Shown here piece after piece: positions 26,251-36,900 of a stretch of 64,000 nucleotides of DNA. The stretch's first letter is position 1. Every line of letters starts with the position of its first letter. Source of the DNA: Azolla caroliniana. Lineage: Eukaryota > Plantae > Polypodiophyta. The stretch is from positions 8,432,001-8,496,000 of the forward strand of contig JBHGNT010000003.1 of the NCBI GenBank assembly GCA_043228905.1. The letters run 5' to 3'. A program made the position numbers and the translations under genes. Below the pieces are notes generated by a model. That model saw nothing but the letters and a program-made list of their open reading frames with translations. It was not told where the DNA came from and made no database searches.

Positions 26251-28114
26251 GGGGACAACGATGTGTTGAGCTACGAAGTGAGAGCTATAAAAGAGCTATC
26301 AAAATGTTTTTTTTTTGGTGAGGGAGAGAGAGCTATCAAAATGTTTTTTTTTGGGTGAGGGAGGGGGAGGGGAACAAAAATGGGTTTGGGGGGGCCAAAA
26401 TGGGGGAAGAACTATCAGAGATTTTTTTTCTTTGTGGGGGGAGGGGGGGGGGGGGGGGGGTTGGTTTAGCCAAAATAGCCAACATATATTTCCCCACTTG
26501 ATTGAGCCTTGCACCTGGCATAATTGCAACAAACGGCCAACCCCCCTGCCATATTCGATGGGATGCTAGGCAATCCCATAGAGCGTGTCGTATTGATTCT
26601 ACTGCAGTTGGACACTCTACACAATTAGGAGAGCTAAGGTGCCCACGTTTCCATGCTCCCACCTAGTGACTTATGTATTAATAGCCATTGGAACATGGTA
26701 ATTCGCCTTGCGTGTTGTTCTTTCCAAATTTTTTGCCAAAACTTGGTGATAATTGTGTGAGGAACTTGATATGTGTGCCTGACCTTTGCAGCAGCCGACT
26801 CTCGGGCAGTTTGAGCAGCTAGCATGTGGCAACCCAATCTAGTTGTGAATTGGAAGAAAGGGATGGGTTTGCTTCCTTGCTCTGCATAAGGATCACACCA
26901 TGTCCATTGTAAAGGGTCCCAACTGACCTTACGTAGCCATGTGTTTTCATGAGTACATATGTGCCAATCGGGTTGTACTTTGATCGGATCAGGATCTACA
27001 ATCCATTTAAGACCAGTATACGCGAGTACTCGAATTGCGTTATTCTGTGTTGGTGTCTTAGTGGCGCGCAATTCAGAGCCTTCGATCCTGTCTGGTGATC
27101 CCCTACCTCTCGGGATCAAAGATCCCTCCTCGTAGCCTATCCAGTTCTCCATTGTCGTCCTATGAGTAGCGGCTTCCATAAACAACAGAGCGTTATTGAT
27201 TTCCGATCTCATAGTCCATCCGCCCCGGATGCCATGGAGTATGTTGGCTTGATCTTGTAGTGGCAATGACATAAACCGTGTCCAACATTCTATACTTTTT
27301 CCCGGACCTTCTGCAATGTATCCCCATGACAACCCCTTACTTGACCCAAGTAATTGATTTGATTCATCCTTGATACATGGGTTCCGTAGGATACGTTGAC
27401 TGAGCCAGGCAGGTTCGGAACTCGGTTGATCGCACTTGAGCCCTCGTCTAATGTCACACCATGCCTTCCACATGGATGCACTGAATCTATCCTCCAATTG
27501 GCGGGAGAAACTAGGTTTGAGATCCATCTTTAGAATCCATCCCATTTGGGGGGCCCAATTAACCCCTTTTCCTTGCCTAAAGTAAGCAAAACGTAACCGC
27601 AATAGCATTTTCCAACAGTCATTTCCTGGTTGGAGTCCTCCCACCACAAATTTGGCAAGTACAACTTTTGATTGTGAGAGGGGATCAACCAGACCCAACT
27701 CCCCTCTCGACTTAGGTGCTGTGAGTATAGGCCATGCCACCTTGGCGCGAGTTACATGATCTTCCTTACCAAACCAAATGTAGTTGTGTACTAGTCGTCG
27801 AATCTGATGTATACTGTCCTTGGAGATTGTCCAACATGATCGACTGTACCATGCCGTTGCGAGTAGTACTTGGTTTGCCACTATGATGCGACCCGCTAGC
27901 GACAGTTTTTTCGAACTCCAATGTATCAACTTTTGTCGAATGGAATGGATAACGGGTGCAATCATAGTCTCCAGCGGTGTCAGAGTAGTTGTGGTTCGTG
28001 CGGCGAAGTCGCGGGGACTAAGGTTAAGGGGAGTTCAAGAAACTTAACTTTTAATAAGGCTTGTATGGTGATGATAGAATGTTAAGGATAGTAAGATGAA
28101 GAGTTACGAGTAAT

Positions 28115-28180
<66 letters not shown>

Positions 28181-28336
28181 CATAGATAAAAGATAGAGAC
28201 AATGTATGATTCAAGAAAGAAGATTGAGACAAAGTATGATTCTAGAAACAAGAGTATATGATATAAACATGATGTATATTAAAAACATAATATTTTACCA
28301 ACTTTACAATCCTTGATCGTAAGATGAATCTTTTCA

Positions 28337-28405
28337 ATACCGACCCTTGATTTGAACCCACGACTTCCACTTTGAAACGCGAGGCTCTTCACCGAATAAG
28401 ATATC
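28337..28405 (-). ncRNA. Further tRNA-like module in C LTR, sense orientation (copy at 47968-48037)
   Basis: D arm TCTT-ATTCGGTG-AAGA and B box GGGTTCAAATC at tRNA-like spacing. Confidence 0.5.
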
Positions 28406-28672
28406 TTCAACAGTTGCTTAGATTCCTTTTTCTCCCACTTTCTCTTGATTGATTTCTTGTTTTCCTTGCCCCTCTTTATATAGGTGTTGCCATGCATATG
28501 GTAATGTATGGGAGCATGGCATGCATGCAATGCATGAGTTACATCTAATGCATGATCGCCATTTGGCGCACATGTATTGCACGTGATGCATGGTAGCCAT
28601 CATGCTCACTTGAGCTCCCATGTATGAAAATAGATATAGGATAAGCATAATGATGAAAATGCATTCTAAAAT

Positions 28673-28873
28673 AACTAACCTAGGTTAGTGGTGTATACTT
28701 TGTGTTTGGCATACAAGGTTGAGAGTTCAAGTCTCTCAATTTTACTTAATACAATATATAGCTTCATTCTTATATCATGAAGCACATTTATTACATACTT
28801 TTACAAATAAATAGCCTAGCTTAGTGGTATGTACATTGTACTTCGTATATAAGGATATGGGTTCAAGTCTCTC
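28673..28873 (+). ncRNA. Two tandem tRNA-like/Pol III modules in C 3' LTR (single copy at 48308-48372 in the 5' LTR)
   Basis: A box TAGCTTAGTGG (TAGGTTAGTGG at 28681); anticodon-like arms TTGTG-TTTGGCA-TACAA and TTGTA-CTTCGTA-TATAA; T arm GAGAG-TTCAAGT-CTCTC; TTTT immediately after unit 1. Confidence 0.65.
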
Positions 28874-29031
28874 AAATATTATTAAATACAACATTTAAGT
28901 TCATTTTTATATCGTGAAGCACATTCTTCACGACACCCACCCCCTCTGAACTTGCACATTGGTTGTGCAGAGTTCATCCAACACTTCTTCCGATTCTTTT
29001 AGTTCTTCTACTTCTTCATAAAATTCGGGCT

Positions 29032-30117
29032 CTAATGACTCCTTTTAAATATTTTAATCCTTTTTCCTGCAATTGGGATACGAATTTCTGTCCCATCTAA
29101 TTCATTGAGGAAATATGTGGCTTTATTTGTTATTTTCCTAACTTCATAAGGTCCAAACCATCTTTTTGCAATCTTCCGGATAGTACTGTATTGATTATCT
29201 AGGCTACTATCATATACTAATACCCAATCTCCCTCTTGCACCTTTCTTGGTCGTATTCTTTTCATCTTGTCAAATCTGTCCTTATTCTTGATTCTTGCCT
29301 CTTTCAGTCTAGTAGCTGCTTTTTCTATGTCTTTTGTCCTTGATTGAAGTTGTCGTATTCGAACCGCAAGTAAATCTTCCCTACTCATTTCCAATTCCCA
29401 AGGCAACACAACCCATGTAGTTATCTTTTCTTCAATTGGCATTATTGGCTTCTGTCTTGTGATTAATTCTGCAGGCATATATCCAGTAATAGTACTGTGA
29501 GTTGTCCTATTAGCCCATAGTGCATAGGGTAAGGTTTTTGGCCAATCACTAACTTGTCCTCTACATGCCTTTGCCAAAGCTTTGACTATTGGCGCATGTC
29601 CCCTTTCTACCTTTCCATTAGCTTCTGGATTGTACGCCGTTGTCAAAGAAAGCCGAATTCCTATTTTGTCGAAAAAATCTTGAGCTTCCGCAGAATTGAG
29701 TTCTCCCCTATCTGCCACTATCTTCCCAATACATCCATATCTACAAACAATGTCCTCCAAGATGAATTGACATACTCCTAATGTCCCTTTTGTTCGCAAT
29801 GAATGGCCTTCCACTTGATTTGTTAGATCTTCTCTAGCAAGAACCAAGTATCTCTTTTGTCCTACTCCAAGTGACATTGTTACCAAATCTATCATCCACT
29901 TGTAATGCACCCTTGGTGAGTATGTTGGGTTTAACTCATCACAAAATTTTATATTTGAATAATATTGACAAGTGGGGCAAGTTTCCACATACTTCTTTAT
30001 TTCCTCATAGTATCGAGGCCACCAAAACCGTTCTTTAATCTTACTGAAAGTGGCCCACACTCGATGACCATCCCATTCTTTGTCATGCAACACTCTCATT
30101 ACCTCCTTTCTTTGCAC
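29032..30117 (-). CDS. Integrase of element C
   Basis: H..GH..CPTC zinc finger; ADRGE; NGKVERGH; WFGPY. No chromodomain. Confidence 0.85.
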   Translation of the reverse strand: MQRKEVMRVLHDKEWDGHRVWATFSKIKERFWWPRYYEEIKKYVETCPTCQYYSNIKFCDELNPTYSPRVHYKWMIDLVTMSLGVGQKRYLVLAREDLTNQVEGHSLRTKGTLGVCQFILEDIVCRYGCIGKIVADRGELNSAEAQDFFDKIGIRLSLTTAYNPEANGKVERGHAPIVKALAKACRGQVSDWPKTLPYALWANRTTHSTITGYMPAELITRQKPIMPIEEKITTWVVLPWELEMSREDLLAVRIRQLQSRTKDIEKAATRLKEARIKNKDRFDKMKRIRPRKVQEGDWVLVYDSSLDNQYSTIRKIAKRWFGPYEVRKITNKATYFLNELDGTEIRIPIAGKRIKIFKRSH

Positions 30118-31112
30118 TTCAGAATCTATTACTCTTTGTGGGTTTCCAGTCTTGGTATTTGGATGTCGTCATAGATATCCTTCATGCAAGAAGAACTTAT
30201 GGGTTAGCGACGAATTGACGGCAACCACTTTCATCCAATTCCTCATTCTTCTCTTCCTCCTTGCATCCCTTAATCGGAACATCATCTTAAAAAGGCATTG
30301 TAATATGAGGAATAAAATCACAAAGTACCTTGTTCATTCCATTCATCATATGTGCCACTGAGTTGGTCGCTCCTTGCGGCAAGGTACACATCCGTACTAA
30401 CCCTATATGTTACGGGCATGACCATTTAATATCTCGTGGTGAGAATTTACCGTAGTATTCTATACACGTGGATAAGTATGAGGGTTAAATGAGAGTGTAA
30501 AGAAGGGGAGGATTACTTTTAATCCTCGGGATTGAGACAACCCATTAGGTCAAGTGTGAACTTGCCTGGGGGCCTTGGGTATCGCTATAAATAAGAGGCC
30601 TAGCTACCCTCATTTGATGATCTTTTTGACTACATCGAGACTCTGCTCTTGTGATGGGTCAACTCTTGTAGTGAGCGCGCCAGCACCAGGTACGACTTGA
30701 TGCCACGGCGGTGGTATGGGACGCCGATCGAGGCTCGAGTCCGTCTCGATCCCTTCGCTCAGGGGTGGTCGGGTGGATCAACACCCTTCTTTCTCTTTCT
30801 CCTTTCTATCTATCATTTGTTTATCCTTATCTTAAGCTTACTTTAGTACTTAGATCTCTAATATTTGGTATCAGATTTATGTACTAATGTTTCTTTGTTT
30901 TTCATTTGTCCTTTGATTGATGCTGATCGATCGATGTGCGGTCGGCCTTGATCCAGACAACGATCAACAAAGAACTTCGGTAACTCTATCCATAATTTTT
31001 CTTTCTATTCTCTCTTCTCCTATCTAATCATGTGTTTAGTTTATATGTCATTTTTTTTCATTAAGTCAATGATGTTGTAGTGGTCTTTAATTGATTATCT
31101 AAAACGTTTACA

Positions 31113-31374
31113 TATGTGCATGAGGTCAATACCTCGTTTGACATATTAATAATATGTGATGAGTGTTGTATGCGTACGAGGTTAATACCTCAATTACGTA
31201 TTACGTTCACGAACATATGTTACGTTTGCGTATGAGTTTAATACCTTGATTTGTTGTAAACAATATGCGGTTGGTCTCGTATGCGTAAGAGGTCAATACC
31301 TCAATTGCGTATTACGATGATCTCTTATTTGTGGATGTTTCGTGTGCGTATAGGTATATACCTCGATTACGTAT
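31113..31374 (+). repeat. Array of 5 palindromic repeats with non-identical spacers in the leader of E
   Basis: Consensus TGCGTAnGAGGTYAATACCTCRATT; cores at ~31122, 31178, 31234, 31289, 31351; period ~55-62 bp. Confidence 0.8.
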
Positions 31375-33923
31375 CTCTATCACATCATTTGTGGCTATTT
31401 AATATAACGATATGTTAATATAGGCATATGTGGTCACGTATATACGTATTTGATCGTATATATGTGATAAGTAAACATATGTGTATATTCATTATTACGT
31501 GATTATATCGAAAGTTGTCCTTGTCGGGAAAAGGATGTTGGTGGCCGTCCTCACATTTTTGTGAGAATGGCGTTGTCACCATCCCTTTTTCAACAATTTT
31601 TTATTGTTGACAACCCCGTTGATGACCTCGATTTCGTTACGTAAAGAAACGCCTATAGCCATAACAATGTTGAGTACGTAGGGCTTGACCTATTTCAAGT
31701 GAGGTCGCTCCAATGACACACGTATCCAACATCCCTCCCTCGTTACATGGATACGATGCCACCATGAGCTCGTTCTTACGAGAGGCATTCGTAATGACGT
31801 GACCATGTGATGGGCCACGTGAGCCTACTACGAAACGAGGGCTCATTTGGCTTGACCATTAGGTTGCACTTTGGCGTATGCCATCGTAATTATGAGACTT
31901 GAGGTTAGGTAACGTACCAACATAGTTTTGGTAAATGAGGGTGAAATAAGGACCCTTGACATATATGTTCTTTTAGAAAAAACATATATGATGTCGCATA
32001 TCTCTTATACGCATCAAACATTAAGCATTCAAGAAGAGCAACTTACTTGGTTGGCTCAAGTGTTTAATGTATTTGTTCTCGAGGTCTCGAGTTCAAATAT
32101 GACCAAGACCATACAACATCCTTGATACATATGACTATAACACATGTTTAGACTTAAGGTCTAAGTGCACCTCGGGGTCCTCGTAATAAGACTTAAAGAG
32201 CTGAAACCACATATGTGGGCACCGAAACATAGTTTATTGTTAACATTTTTTTCGTGTATAAACTATTTATGACGCGAACATACATGGTTGAGCCTCGGGG
32301 AGCCACCATGAAAAAATCGATATAGAGATCAAGGAAAGACATTTATTTGTCACCCCCATGGTTTTTAAAACACCTTTGTGTTACCATAGTAACCTGATCT
32401 TGAACCTCATCTCATACGTCTAGAGGGGTATTAACGTGAGATCACGATATCGATTAATGTTTGCCCATGATATGTTTACATCACGACATGATGTTATGAC
32501 TATCTCTCTGACCTTATCCTATTTCTTTTCCAAAAATAATCTTTAATGGCTCAAATTAACGACCCGATGTCATCCGCTCAAGCGGAAGGAACTCAAGGGA
32601 ATCCTCCTGGACAAATGTCCACTGAGATGTATTTGGCACAAATAACCCAATACCTTAGTTTCACCGCTCAACAGATGACCGAACTTCGGCAATCTCAGAG
32701 TGCTCTTGAGGCACGTGTCATTAGTCTACAACGTGAGACTAATAGACCTGATGAGCGACAAGGTGAACCATCATTTGTCGTTAAGCCATTTACGGGAGAC
32801 AAAAAGGAAAGAACCGAAGAAGCAATCTGCACATGGCTAGGACGATGGGAGTATCATTTTGAGCTCTATCCCACGCCAGATAGTATGAAGATTGCATATG
32901 TCGGCCGAGAACTCGGGGGTAAGTCCGCCGCCTGGTGGCGTGGGCTCCATACTATGGGGAAATTGCCCGATACCTGGACATATTTTGTCACGGTTTTTAA
33001 GGGCCAATTTTTGCAACCTCCCTCTCAAACCGAGGCAGCACAAGCTTTAATGAACCTCTCTAGCAGGAAATTTTCCTCTCTAGAAGAATATGTTCACCAT
33101 GCTAGAACCCAAATCCAAAAATCGGGTCTAGAAGGGGACAATTGGTTGATAGCTTGTTTTGTCAATGGCATCCCCAATTCGGACTATCACTGGATAGTGC
33201 ACGATAAGGATCCAAAATCCTTCGAAGAGGCCGTTGAAATAGTTCTTCGCTATCAACGCACTTCGAAGAAGGACCACAACAAACCCAACGAAGCGCCCAG
33301 GACTAAGCAGTCGCAATTTGTTGGGAAACGCAAGACACCCAACGAATTCCTGGATCGCGATTGTAAGCGACAACATCCTTTTTGCGTATTCTGCAAAAAG
33401 AAGGGTCATACAAAAGATCAATGTCGAAAGCTCCAACGAAAAGAGCACGACAACAAAGCTAAAGCTGCAGACCATAAAGGTCAGATTCCTAATGTCCTTC
33501 AGGTCTATACACATCATTTAAGTAATTGTCAATGTTCTTTCCCTCACTATGTATTGGGTCCCAATGATTTAGTACGTGCAAACGGGTATATCAATGGATC
33601 TCCCGTACAATTTTTATTTGATTCGGGAAGCTCACACAATTTTGTGAATGATCGTTTGGTTCAGATATGGGGAATCCAACCCACTGTAAGTGACCACACC
33701 TACACGGTGCACTTGGCTGATGGAAGAGTACAATACATCAACGGGGCGATTCATTCATTAGGAATTTCTATTGATACTTATATAGCGGAAGTAGACTTCC
33801 ATGTAATGAATCTTTGTACCACCGATGTAATACTGGGTTATCCCTGGTTTTATAATAAAAAATCTTCTTTATTTATTGACTGGGTTCGCCATTCCATTTC
33901 TTTTGTACTGAACGATTGTACGC

Positions 33924-36900
33924 TGTCGTGAAGAAAACCGTCCCCTGGCGCAATTGGTGAATAGCGCACATGAACCGGCCCTTCACGTGTGCGTGCTCTT
34001 AATGTATATAATAGAGAATTAGGTACAGAGAGAGATCCGGGGTAGTTAGATTCGGTAGGTAGGAAGTAAATGAGGGGAGACAGCTCCCTTCTTGACGCTA
34101 TAAAGGAGAGGCAGACGCAGGGAGAAGGGGATCGCACATTGAGGAGGACGAAGTGCTGTCGGACCGGAACCGAACGCTTCTCCTCTGTCTGTTCTCTGTT
34201 ACTCTTCTCTGTAGGTTTCGGGAGGCTCACATTGCTTCGAGGAACGCCCGTGTGCTTCCGGCAACACCTCCATCCTATCCCCATTTTGTGCGCAGACGAA
34301 CAGGCGTCGACATCTGTTCGCCGGCCTGTTCGGTTGTAGCTGTCGCGTGCTCTGCTGTGTACTTGTTATTCGTTAATATACAAACACTTGTCTCTCCCTG
34401 TCTCTGTGTCCATTCGCGTCTTCTGTGTTGACGGGCCACGCCCCTGTGTTTCTTTGCTCATACGTGACCGGGCGTCTCTCTCCTTCTCTTTCCCCTTCTA
34501 TCACCTGCTCTTCGGTTCAGGACCCCGGTGGTCCCGCCTTGTTTCTCCACGCACGCGCGTAACAACACGACATATTTGGTGAACCCGACGTGAAACAGGC
34601 GGCAGAGGAGCAGAAGATGAGGGGGTCGGATCTTGCAGAGGCCATGGCTTCGGCCGTGGACCGGATAGTGAGCGCGCGCGAGGGCACCGGCGCCCTTGAC
34701 AGGGCTATTGAGGCGATCGTTGGTACGATCGGCCGGTTCAGTGGAAAGGATGCCACAAGTTATTTGGCGTCCTACCGGGCGGAGATGTTGATGAGGGATA
34801 TTCCGGAAGAGAGGCGTCTTACCGGATTCCCTCGAGTGGCGATGCCGGGCATCCATGCGGAGGTGCTCGAGGTCCGGGCGGAGAGCCGGACCTGGGAAGA
34901 GTTCGAAGGACGGATCCTAGAGAAATACGGGCTGGATGACGCGCTTCGACTTTCGAAGTGGAGCTTCATGGAGTGGGTGGAGTCCCCCAACAAAGGAAGA
35001 AATGTGTCGGTACTCCTCTGGGAGTTTGAGGAACGCTTTGCGCGCCTTTCGGCGCTCGATCGAACTGTTCTGGACACAAGTCGTGTCCTACTGTTTGTCA
35101 AATCCGTTGACACACGGGATCGGGGGCAAGTTGGCTCCTTACTAGAAACCGAAGACGGGCTGACGACCGACTGGGCCGCGGTAAAGAAAGTCTGCGGCCG
35201 TTTTGACAAACGGTGGGAGTGGGCTGATACAGAGGCGACCGAGGCGGGACCTATCGCAACAAGGAAGCTCGAACCGATACCGCAGGCACGAAGGGAAGAG
35301 ACCCGGGAGTGGCTCGAAACTGGTTCGTCTTTGACCGGCGTGACCAGAGGTTCGTCCGGGAGAACAGCTCTGGAGGAGTTGACACGAGCGGTAAAGGATC
35401 TCTAGATCGCCCAAGCTTGGAGGGAAGGCGGCGATCAGGCTCGTGACCGACGGCCTTTGGCAGGAAGTAGGTGCATGTGGTGCGACAAGGTCGGCCACAT
35501 TCGGAAAGACTGCGGGGACTTTATGGAGGCTTTGAGAAGCCGAGTAGTGTACCTGTGGGAGGGTCAGGTGCACGCCAGCGATACCCGGAGGGCCCTGAAC
35601 CGAAACGACGGGAGAGGAGGAATGAAAAGGCTGATGGAAGAGGCGGCAGCCCGGCACGCCGAGACCATCCACTACTCAGCGTCAGGCGGTATTCGGGTCG
35701 GGGGCAGCGGGGCCCGGAAGGAGAGCAAAACCGAGTTCTGGCCGACGGTGCTGGAAGGCCTTGCTGGTGCCCGGCTGAAGAGAGACGAGGCGGACCGCGC
35801 GGAGAAGCGGGTCCAGGAGGTAACGGGGTGGAGTGACCCGGTCGAAGAAAAGACGGGTTTCGTCGAAGCAGCTTGCCAGAACTACGAGGCTCTGGTTGAA
35901 GACAAACGGGTAGGTAAAAACGGAGGGGCCGGACCCTCACAGAGATACGAAACCCGATTCGAGCCGAAACGGAACGAGGTCGGTGAGTCCAGTGCCCGAG
36001 ATAACCACAAGAAGGGCGGATACCGGTTGGGCACGGAGATCGAAAGGACCACGAACCTATGAAAGGTCCTAGAAGAATGAATCCTCGACAGCAAGGTGGA
36101 ACTGTCGTTGCGAGAGGTGCTCGGGATAGCCAAGAAGGAGTTCCACGACTCCATCGTGGACTTGGTGAAGAGGAAGAGGCTGTCGACGGAGGTAGAACCG
36201 GACAGGCCGGTGGAAGTGCGGACGACGCACATAGAGGACATGGCGCTGGAAGACGAGTGGGCGGAGAGCCACTATTCGAGGCCACACTGGGCCCGAGCGA
36301 CCACGGAAACCCCGGTGAAAATCGGAGATGTTCAGGAACCGGTGGTGGCACTGGTGGACCACGGTTCGGAAATAAACCTGATGTCCATGGACTTCTACAA
36401 AAAGGGGAAATGGCCGATCAACACTAAGCACGGGTGGAAGATACAGGCGGCGACGCGCGCCACCGAGGAACTACACGGGGCCTGCCCAAACGTAGGAGTC
36501 AAGATCGGCGACGTCGAAATAGACCAGCACTTCTTTGTGCAGGAAACGTCCTCGCACCCGGTCATTCTAGGGGAACCGTACATTACGGCGGCGTGAATGG
36601 AGACCAATGTGCTGGACAAGGGGTCGGCTTACGCGAGGGTTAAGAGCCAGGACGGGCGTCATTCGGTCCAGTTCTTGACGGTACGACCCAACCACGAGCG
36701 AAACCGCGAGTCCCTCGGTGCCGAGAACCGAGAGGATTTTTAGAGAGGGCTGCTGAGGCGTGGGGCCGCGACAGTCCCGACACTCCGGGAAAACCCCACA
36801 AATGTACGATAAAAGCAAAATTGAAGAATCCTTGTACCATAAGTAGGAAGTTTTGTTTCTCCGACAACGGAGGGTGTACGATAGTCGGCGTCGTAGGCCG

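Noticed and set aside
25960-26269. Repetitive ORFs (ILPPKFLVVLN..., LGGKIAKMLR...)
   Set aside because: Translations of a 42-bp minisatellite.
28113-28177. (GT)n(GA)n tract as a special signal
   Set aside because: Ordinary microsatellite within C's LTR; the length difference between LTRs is explained by slippage.
31113-31374. True CRISPR array
   Set aside because: Eukaryotic retrotransposon leader, degenerate repeats, no cas genes. Kept as a hairpin array only.
32748-32790. CTGATGAG hammerhead-like core (also near 49933)
   Set aside because: Inside coding sequence, with no matching GAAA and stems found.
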